NCBI GenBank assembly: GCA_965243115.1
Contig: CBDEUD010000003.1
Location: 2,392,325 to 2,456,324, forward strand
Direction: 5' to 3'
DNA from: Gammaproteobacteria bacterium
Lineage (GTDB): Bacteria > Pseudomonadota > Gammaproteobacteria > Eutrophobiales > Eutrophobiaceae
DNA: 64,000 nt
Below are positions 1 to 7,507 of this stretch, piece by piece (position 1 is the stretch's first letter; each line of letters begins with the position of its first letter). The notes under the pieces are model-generated. The model searched no databases. It saw only the letters and a program-made list of their open reading frames with translations, and was not told where the DNA came from. The translations under genes were made by a program, and so were the position numbers.

Positions 1-26
1 GATTCTTGCATAGAGGGGGAACATAA

Positions 27-2363
27 ATGAACGCAAGCCATCGTTTTTACAAAATATTCAGCATAGTTTTTGTGCTTTTGGTTTCAGTAACATCCGGCAT
101 TGCTTACGCACAGCTTCTGGAAGAAATTGTCGTCACTGCTCAAAAACGAGAGCAAAGGTTGCAGGATGTCGGCTTATCTGTGACGGCTTTCAGCGGTAAC
201 CAGATCAGGGAGCTCGCTTACACCAACAGCATTGATATCGGCCAACAGACCCCCGGGTTGCAGATTACGCAACTTCATGCTTCTACCACTCAGCTCAATA
301 TTCGCGGTGTGTCACAAAACGATTTTGCCGTTCACCTGGAAGGACCCATTGCAACGTATGTCGACAATGCTTATTCCAGCTCCATGGGTACGGCGCATGC
401 ACAGATTTTTGACCTGGAACGTGTGGAGGTATTGCGTGGTCCACAGGGTACACTCTTTGGTCGTAACGCCACCGGGGGATTACTTCATTTTCTGAGCAAA
501 AGACCCACCGAGGAATGGGAGGGGTATGGCGAATTCACGTACGGGAGTTACGATCAAATTAAATTTGAAGGTGCGGTGGGCGGCCCGTTAAGTGACAGGC
601 TTCGAGGAAGGATATCCTTCGCTACCAACAACCACGATGGGATTATGGAAAATCGTATTGGTCCGGACTTGAGAGACGCAGAAACATACTCAGTACGAGG
701 TCAATTGGAGTTTGACGTAACCGATAAATTTCAAGCCTATGTAAAACTGGCCTACTCGGAAGACGATAGCAGGGGCAACACTTACACACATTCGCCATCC
801 ACCTTTATAACCGCATCGGGGCTTGGTGAACTAATTACTGACACTGGTCAACCCCCACTTTTTCTCAGCTTGTTCGATCCACTCGACGGTATGGCCGACC
901 TGATTCTTGGTCCATGTTCCGGCTGTGATGCTTTCGGGTACCGGGAGCCCGACGACGATCCTCACACCGGTTCCTTCGATTTTATTCCATCCTTTGTAAG
1001 GGATATCTTTAATGCCCAGCTTGAGCTGACCTGGGACTTGGAAAATTTTACTGTGACTTCTATAACGGATTACCTTTATGTGAACAGGACATACGGTGAG
1101 GACACTGATGGTTCACCCTTTAACCAGGTAACTTTTGTGGATGTTGAAGACAGAGACCAGATTTCACAGGAGATTCGATTTAATGGCGAGACCGATAAAT
1201 TTACCTGGGTGGCCGGTGCATACTACCTGGATTTTGATGTCTTCTCAGTAGGCACGGTTACTCAGGACGCAGGCCCATTAACAACTTTTGGCTTTGACGG
1301 TTCAATGGGTGCTGTGGCAGGCCCTTTTACATTCCCACCCGCGCCGACGGGGCCATTTCCTCCGTTTGCCGGGCTTCCCTTTGATCACACTGGAACGACA
1401 AAATCAACGTCATGGGCGATTTTTGGGCATGTAGAAACTAAATTGTCAGAGCAGTTTTCCCTCGTAACGGCATTACGTTACACGGAAGATGATAGAGACA
1501 TGGATTTGACCATTGATAATCGTCAGTTGTTCATGAGTCCATTCGCCATCGTGTCGCTCGATCCTTCCAATTCACCTTTTGCGAGTTTGGAATTTGAAAA
1601 TGTGTCAGCCAAGATTCAGCTTGACTGGACACCCAATGAAGATTGGCTCCTGTATGCGGGCTTCACACGGGGACACAAGGCAGGCAACTTTTCCCAACCG
1701 TTCTTTATTCCCGCTGACTTAAGTGAACTGCCCCATGATGAAGAAGTGTTACACAGCTTTGACATAGGTGCGAAAGGGGTAATGCTTGATGGCAGACTGA
1801 GATTGAACGCTAGCATTTTCTATTATGACTACAAGGACTACCAGGCTTTTTTCTTTGAAAATCTGGCTCAGAAGGTGAGTAATTTTGATGCGAATGCCCT
1901 GGGAGCCGAGATCGAATTGGTATTCAATCCAGTGGATGCTCTGGATCTGTCATTTGGTGTATCGCTACTGGATACAGAGGTTGAGGATGTCGGTACACCC
2001 ATTGGTGTTCTCGATAGGGAGTTGCCATTTGCACCGGACGTTTCTTTCAATGGTCTGGCACGTTATACCTGGCCGGTCTTTGGTGGCAATCTATCTGCAC
2101 AGGTTGATTTCAATTACGTCGATGACTTCTGTTTCGGTGTCATCTGTCACCCACTTGAAGAGGAAGATTCCTATATCGTTGCAAATACCCAGTTGAGCTA
2201 CACCACAGATGATAAAAGGTGGCGTTTGGCGGCATTTGTTAAAAATGTGGGTGATGAGGAATATCGCAAAGCGGCTGTTGAATCAAGCTTTGCCGGGTTT
2301 AGTTCTGTTGTTTTTTCAGATCCCAGATGGTATGGGGGAAGTATTGCTTATCAGTGGAAGTAA
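27..2363 (+). CDS. TonB-dependent outer-membrane receptor
   Basis: N-terminal signal peptide (MNASHRFYKIFSIVFVLLVSVTSGIAYAQ). Plug-domain motif EEIVVTAQKREQRLQDVGLSVTAF. 778 aa, beta-barrel-like length, aromatic C-terminus (YQWK). SD-like agaggggga lies upstream. Confidence 0.85.
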   Translation: MNASHRFYKIFSIVFVLLVSVTSGIAYAQLLEEIVVTAQKREQRLQDVGLSVTAFSGNQIRELAYTNSIDIGQQTPGLQITQLHASTTQLNIRGVSQNDFAVHLEGPIATYVDNAYSSSMGTAHAQIFDLERVEVLRGPQGTLFGRNATGGLLHFLSKRPTEEWEGYGEFTYGSYDQIKFEGAVGGPLSDRLRGRISFATNNHDGIMENRIGPDLRDAETYSVRGQLEFDVTDKFQAYVKLAYSEDDSRGNTYTHSPSTFITASGLGELITDTGQPPLFLSLFDPLDGMADLILGPCSGCDAFGYREPDDDPHTGSFDFIPSFVRDIFNAQLELTWDLENFTVTSITDYLYVNRTYGEDTDGSPFNQVTFVDVEDRDQISQEIRFNGETDKFTWVAGAYYLDFDVFSVGTVTQDAGPLTTFGFDGSMGAVAGPFTFPPAPTGPFPPFAGLPFDHTGTTKSTSWAIFGHVETKLSEQFSLVTALRYTEDDRDMDLTIDNRQLFMSPFAIVSLDPSNSPFASLEFENVSAKIQLDWTPNEDWLLYAGFTRGHKAGNFSQPFFIPADLSELPHDEEVLHSFDIGAKGVMLDGRLRLNASIFYYDYKDYQAFFFENLAQKVSNFDANALGAEIELVFNPVDALDLSFGVSLLDTEVEDVGTPIGVLDRELPFAPDVSFNGLARYTWPVFGGNLSAQVDFNYVDDFCFGVICHPLEEEDSYIVANTQLSYTTDDKRWRLAAFVKNVGDEEYRKAAVESSFAGFSSVVFSDPRWYGGSIAYQWK

Positions 2364-2494
2364 GTCAGACTACAGAGCTCCGTTTTCTTTCCATGCGAGT
2401 TTTCTGATTGTCGCGCTCTGTTTAAATGTTACGGTCCTGAGTTTTTGACGGCGCGTTTTAATTCTTTTGGAGGGTCGCTCTATGTACGCCATTC

Positions 2495-3664
2495 GTGCCG
2501 CCTATATTCCCAATGATAAGGGAAATTCCAATGACTAATCACAATAATCATTTTCTGCAAAACGCCTGGTACTGCGCAAGCTGGAGTGACGAGGTCGGCG
2601 AGGGAATGTTCGAGCGTTTGGTCGCCAGGCACCCCCTCTTGTTATACCGGACCGCGGACGGTAATCCCGTCGCTTTGAAGAACATGTGCCCGCACCGGTT
2701 TTCTCCGCTGCACACCGGGAAGCTGGTTGACGATATCATCCAATGTCCCTATCACGGGCTACGTTTCGACAGCTCAGGAGCTTGCGTATATAACCCTCAC
2801 AGTGGCGGCCATATCCCCGAAACGCTATGTGTCCGCACCTATCCCGTCGTCGAGCGTTATGACATGCTCTGGGTATGGCTCGGCGAACCCGAACTAGCCA
2901 ATCCTGATACTATCCCTGATTTCAGTTATCAAACCGATTCAAGCTTTCACAGAATCGGCGGCGTCATCGATGTCAACGCTGGTTATCAAATGATCACTGA
3001 CAACCTGATGGATTTGTCGCACGTAGAGTTCGTTCATAAGGGTGGTCTTGGCACTGACTCCATAACTCGCGGCGAGCTTGAGATCCTTCAGGATGGCACT
3101 ACGGTGTGGGCCAACCGTTGGTGTCCTGACGGTCCACCACCGCCGGCGATGGCTCCAATGCTCGATAACCCCAACCAGGCGTACGATTTTTGGATGAATA
3201 TGCGTTGGGATGCGCCGGCACACATGGTCATCGATGCGGGCCTCGCCCCGAGGGGGAAGCCGCGGGAAAACGGGATTTGGATCTACGGTACCGCCATCCT
3301 GACGCCGAAAGATGAGACCTCGACAACTTATTTTTGGACAGTAACGCGCAATTACGCGACGGATGAGCCGGCTATGGATGCAATGTGGCAGGCGTCTATC
3401 GATATAGCCTTCCTCGAGCAGGACAAACCGACTATTGAAGCACAGCAGGCAATGATAGCGTTGCACGATGCAACAGACATCGACGATGGATTGAGGCCCG
3501 TGGTGCTTGGCTCAGACGCAGGACCGGTGCGTTGCCGCCATGTACTGAAGAAACTACGCGATAGTGATGGGGTGGAGTTACCTGATCCCCGTAATCCCGC
3601 ATTGAGCGAACTCGTCGAAAACTCACGCGGCAGCTACAACGGGCGTGTAACACCGATTGTCTAG
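2495..3664 (+). CDS. Rieske [2Fe-2S] non-heme iron oxygenase, VanA/phthalate-dioxygenase-like alpha subunit
   Basis: Rieske motif CPHRF...CPYHGLRF. N-terminal NAWYCASWSDEV is typical of VanA-type O-demethylase/PDO-family oxygenases. The true start is probably the internal MTNHNN (~2531). Confidence 0.8.
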   Translation: MPPIFPMIREIPMTNHNNHFLQNAWYCASWSDEVGEGMFERLVARHPLLLYRTADGNPVALKNMCPHRFSPLHTGKLVDDIIQCPYHGLRFDSSGACVYNPHSGGHIPETLCVRTYPVVERYDMLWVWLGEPELANPDTIPDFSYQTDSSFHRIGGVIDVNAGYQMITDNLMDLSHVEFVHKGGLGTDSITRGELEILQDGTTVWANRWCPDGPPPPAMAPMLDNPNQAYDFWMNMRWDAPAHMVIDAGLAPRGKPRENGIWIYGTAILTPKDETSTTYFWTVTRNYATDEPAMDAMWQASIDIAFLEQDKPTIEAQQAMIALHDATDIDDGLRPVVLGSDAGPVRCRHVLKKLRDSDGVELPDPRNPALSELVENSRGSYNGRVTPIV

Positions 3665-3817
3665 GCGGCGCTCCAATCCATGCCGGGTCTATAACTCCAA
3701 CCAAGTACACTTTATACAAAAGCAACATATGGGGAGCCGGCCTGATACGGTCAGGTATTTATAGTTTAAAGGTAAAATATTCAGAACTTCAGGTTAATAA
3801 AAGAAGGATAATTAAAG

Positions 3818-4450
3818 ATGGCAATTTTAAGGTTATCAAATGGTGAACTAATTACCGGCTACTCAGAAATTAATGAACTGATTGTGCCAGCGGGGATGGA
3901 AGTAGGCAGGTTTAACTACCCGGATCCCCTTGAAGCCAAAGTTAAGTCAATGGAAAAACCACTAAACCAGGATGGGGCAGAGTTTATATTTAGCGAGCTC
4001 TCTGCAAATGTGGAGAGTGTGGTGAAGGACCTGGACTTTAGTTACAACTATCGTCGCGCCGGCATTTTCGTTCCAGCAAAGGAAAAGGGTGGAACAAGTG
4101 CATTTTCTATGGCTGGTGATGACCAGATGCAAGTTGCATCTGCAGAGATGACCCCAGCTGATCTCGCTAATTATATGGCACCGCACATCTTGCGAGCGAA
4201 TAACTTACATTTCTCATTCCAGGGAGCCTTTATTAAAGGCATGCAATTGGGGTCAGATTTGCAGGCGATGATTTACGTGCTAGCGGGAGAGTGGCAACGG
4301 CTTGATCCAAATATACTATCCTGGGTTGTTTTCCCGAGTGGAGAACCCGTGATTGGGTTAAGTTTTTTTGATCAAAAACCAAACGCTAGCGGCGCACACG
4401 AGACAGACGTATTTCCTGATACTGAAATTTCGGGAACAGTTAAGTTTTGA
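3818..4450 (+). CDS. hypothetical protein (no recognisable family) on a low-GC segment
   Basis: 210-aa ORF with an AAGGAT SD-like sequence upstream. The flanks are AT-rich, in contrast to the window average. Confidence 0.45.
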   Translation: MAILRLSNGELITGYSEINELIVPAGMEVGRFNYPDPLEAKVKSMEKPLNQDGAEFIFSELSANVESVVKDLDFSYNYRRAGIFVPAKEKGGTSAFSMAGDDQMQVASAEMTPADLANYMAPHILRANNLHFSFQGAFIKGMQLGSDLQAMIYVLAGEWQRLDPNILSWVVFPSGEPVIGLSFFDQKPNASGAHETDVFPDTEISGTVKF

Positions 4451-4594
4451 GCGATTTAGATTATTCAAGTTGAAATGATGTTTAACAGGTTTTGAAGTGA
4501 ATATCTTCTACCAAAGCTGCGTCAATAAAGCTTTGTCAGAGCCATATGTTCGTCACGCGGAATCAGTGCTTGGATTAAACATGAGGGCTTCGGT

Positions 4595-5614
4595 ATGGGC
4601 GTGATGTGGGGAGAAAGAGTAGACGGAGGATATAAATCTTCCCTTGTATATCGCTTTTTTAAACCCAAAGATATCACCGGAAACGAGATAAATGGTCTCG
4701 GTGAGTCAGTAAAGCGCCGCCCCACTCCCATATATCACTGGTTTGGAATCCTTAAATTACCGTTTAATCGCGTATGGTGGCAATTGATCGCCTACACAAT
4801 GTTCAGGGGAACAAAGGCGACTGATGCTTATATGAAGACATGCCGAGAGTATGCTGAAAAGCCCTATGATCCTGTTGCAGAAAAAAGGGTCAACAAGTCA
4901 CCTGAAGAATGGACTGCTGACATCAAAAACTACGCCAAAGAGAAAGGTGCTGATCTTGTTGGTACGATGCGTATGCGGGAGGAATGGGTTTTCGAGGGGC
5001 TCGAGGTAAAGGAAAAATGGATCATAATACTGGGTTTGAAGATGAATTTTGATGAGCTTGCCAAGTCACCGGAACCTGAGGGTGTCGAAGCTGTAATAAA
5101 AACCTATGCTGATGGGAATATTCTCGTCCAGGACATCTCCAACTGGTTGCGAAGTAAAGGTTGGAGTGCAAATGGCTATGGTGGCCCCATGGCCAGTGCC
5201 GTGAATATGATACCTGTTGCACTCGCCGCAGGTTTTGGTGAGTTGGGTAAGCATGGCTCTATTATCAATCGCGACTTGGGCTCAAACCTGAGGTTGGCTT
5301 ATGTCCTCACTGACATTCCCCTGGTAGATGAAGATGAGGAAGACGATTTCGGGGCAGACAGTTTTTGTACTGCTTGCCAGATATGTACAAAGGCCTGCCC
5401 CCCTGCAGCAATTTTGTCGGAAAAACAGATGGTGAGAGGTGTAGAGAAATGGTACGTGGATTTTGACAAGTGTGTACCTTTCTTTAATGACCATGGTGGC
5501 TGTGGGGTATGTATTGCAGTTTGTCCCTGGAGTCGACCAAATGTCAGACCGAAACTCTTGTCAAAAATGTTAAAACAGAAATCGAAGCGAGAGATGTCGG
5601 CTTCGCTGCAATGA
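4595..5614 (+). CDS. QueG/reductive-dehalogenase superfamily iron-sulfur protein (epoxyqueuosine-reductase-like, truncated architecture)
   Basis: Two 4Fe-4S motifs, CTACQICTKACP and GGCGVCIAVCPWS. The segment GFGELGKHGSIINRDLGSNLRLAYVLTDIPL aligns by recall with QueG GLGWTGKHSLILNREAGSFFFLGELLVDIPL. The N-terminal WTADIKNYAKEKGADLVG resembles the QueG N-terminus. The C-terminal HEAT-like extension of QueG is absent. Confidence 0.65.
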   Translation: MGVMWGERVDGGYKSSLVYRFFKPKDITGNEINGLGESVKRRPTPIYHWFGILKLPFNRVWWQLIAYTMFRGTKATDAYMKTCREYAEKPYDPVAEKRVNKSPEEWTADIKNYAKEKGADLVGTMRMREEWVFEGLEVKEKWIIILGLKMNFDELAKSPEPEGVEAVIKTYADGNILVQDISNWLRSKGWSANGYGGPMASAVNMIPVALAAGFGELGKHGSIINRDLGSNLRLAYVLTDIPLVDEDEEDDFGADSFCTACQICTKACPPAAILSEKQMVRGVEKWYVDFDKCVPFFNDHGGCGVCIAVCPWSRPNVRPKLLSKMLKQKSKREMSASLQ

Positions 5615-5762
5615 AAGTACTCGCCATAGATGAAGCGAATCTTTCATATGACATGCTGCTTTGGGTGGCGCCCGGCAGTACTTTTGGGTCCGGCTGGCAT
5701 ATTCTGATATCAAACATACGCTGAAGGCGTAGAGATGGATTGCACAAACATGGCGCATCATT

Positions 5763-6944
5763 GTGAGGAGCGAGAAAGTGACCATAAATACCCCTGAATT
5801 TACTGACGAGGAGATTCTCGGTATCCGAGAGGGCATTAACGGTATTAAACGGCCCCTTCCGGCGCGTTGTTATCATGACGAAGAGATCTACCGGTTTGAA
5901 GTCGAACATATCCTGAAGAAAAACTGGTTGTGCGTAGGGCGTTGGGACTACGCGCAAAACCCCGGGGATTATTTCACCCGGACGATGTTCGGTGAATCAA
6001 TCGTCATCGTCAGGGACAAGGATCACAAACTTCACGCACTGATCAATGTCTGCCGGCACCGGTTTTGCCAGGTGCTGGAAGATGGCTCTGGTAACGTCAG
6101 CATGCTTGTGTGCCCTTTCCATGGCTGGACCTATAACCTGAATGGGAGCCTGCGTGCTGTCGGTGTCCGGAAAATAGAAGGCATGGATAAGGACAAATGC
6201 CGATTGCCGTCCCTGCGCCTTGAGGAGTGGCAGGGATTTATCTTTATCAATTTCGATCCGGATGCGCAGGCCCTGGGGCCGCAGCTTGAGGCAGTCAACC
6301 CGATTATGGATCTCTACGGCGTCTCGAAATACCGACATCAGCTCACCCAGGATTTCGATTCTCCGTGGAACTGGAAGCTGAATTTTGAAGCAGGCTATGA
6401 AGGCTACCACCATGCCGGGCTGCACAATGAGCGCTTCAACCATATCGAACCGGCATCCGGCTCGCGGCCGCTCTGGTTTGGTGAGATCTGTGGCTCCTAT
6501 GGGGTGCCCTTTGCTGATGATATCCCCCGGGAGGAGACACGTCCCTTTGGTTTACCGCCGCACATGAAAAGTGAAGATGATCCTGTTGAAATGGATACCT
6601 TCATCGCGGTGTATCCGGCTTTCATGATGTATGTGAACAGTTACCAGGTTTCCTACACGCTCGTGCAACACCAGGGCGTGGACATCAATATCGGGTCGAC
6701 GCCTCAGGCATTTGCACCCTGGGCGCTGGAAGCGCCCAATGCCGGGGAAATCATTGACGAGTTCAAGGAATTCACCGTGGAAGTACAAAAAGAGGACACC
6801 CTTGGCTGCACGATGATGCAGAAAGGTCTCAAGTCCCAAAGCGCCCGGGCTGGTTTCATCCATCCGTTGGAAGTGCAGATGAACCATTATCATAACTGGT
6901 ACCTGGATCAGTTCGAAAAGGTCAGGAATGCCGCTAAGGCGTAG
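5763..6944 (+). CDS. Rieske non-heme iron oxygenase alpha subunit (GbcA/Stc2/CntA-like, candidate N- or O-demethylating monooxygenase)
   Basis: Rieske motif CRHRFCQ...CPFHGWTY. ~390 aa alpha-only architecture with N-terminal EEIYRFEVEHILKKNWLCVGRWDY, typical of this subgroup. Confidence 0.75.
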   Translation: MRSEKVTINTPEFTDEEILGIREGINGIKRPLPARCYHDEEIYRFEVEHILKKNWLCVGRWDYAQNPGDYFTRTMFGESIVIVRDKDHKLHALINVCRHRFCQVLEDGSGNVSMLVCPFHGWTYNLNGSLRAVGVRKIEGMDKDKCRLPSLRLEEWQGFIFINFDPDAQALGPQLEAVNPIMDLYGVSKYRHQLTQDFDSPWNWKLNFEAGYEGYHHAGLHNERFNHIEPASGSRPLWFGEICGSYGVPFADDIPREETRPFGLPPHMKSEDDPVEMDTFIAVYPAFMMYVNSYQVSYTLVQHQGVDINIGSTPQAFAPWALEAPNAGEIIDEFKEFTVEVQKEDTLGCTMMQKGLKSQSARAGFIHPLEVQMNHYHNWYLDQFEKVRNAAKA

Positions 6945-6958
6945 ATGTATAACATCGC

Positions 6959-7507
6959 TCACCCACCTAACCAATCCTGCAGAAACTGCGCCACGCTACG
7001 GTCCACCAGGATACGAAGTCGCGGGGTGTCATCCAGCCTATGGATAATGACCGGCAGGTGCTGCAACCGGGTCAAGGCATAGCGGCCGGAGGGAAAGGCG
7101 CTGTCATGGAGATCGACCGAACACCCTTCCGCCAGTCTGGCCACGGCATCCTCACCGGATATGTCGATGATGCTCCAGGCATCGGTCATATCCGTGACAA
7201 TGGCGGTGGCGTCACCGGCTGCGTCCCGTAATGCGCTTGAAACACTGTCGATATCCGGCGCCGGGTTAACCAGCAACCAGTCATTGGGCGCCAGCCAGTA
7301 TGCTGTCGGCTCGTTGTTTACCTTCTCCTGCGGGCTTTGCGGCAGGGTGCTTCCAATCAGCTTCTCAAACGGGGCCGGATTTATCCCGGCGCGTGGCCGC
7401 ACCTGCAGTCGCAGCTTGCGTGTACCGTCAGGCATGCAATCGATCTCCTTCCGGGTCCCAGGCAACGGGTGTACTGAGCTGTGCTGGATGAACCTGGCCA
7501 TTGTCAT
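6959..7507 (-). CDS. soxG: sarcosine oxidase gamma subunit (SoxG-like)
   Basis: Small ORF immediately downstream of soxA, in the operon position expected for the gamma subunit. The ORF overlaps the soxA 3' end, so the real start is probably the internal MPDGTRK (~7435). Confidence 0.6.
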   Translation of the reverse strand: MTMARFIQHSSVHPLPGTRKEIDCMPDGTRKLRLQVRPRAGINPAPFEKLIGSTLPQSPQEKVNNEPTAYWLAPNDWLLVNPAPDIDSVSSALRDAAGDATAIVTDMTDAWSIIDISGEDAVARLAEGCSVDLHDSAFPSGRYALTRLQHLPVIIHRLDDTPRLRILVDRSVAQFLQDWLGG

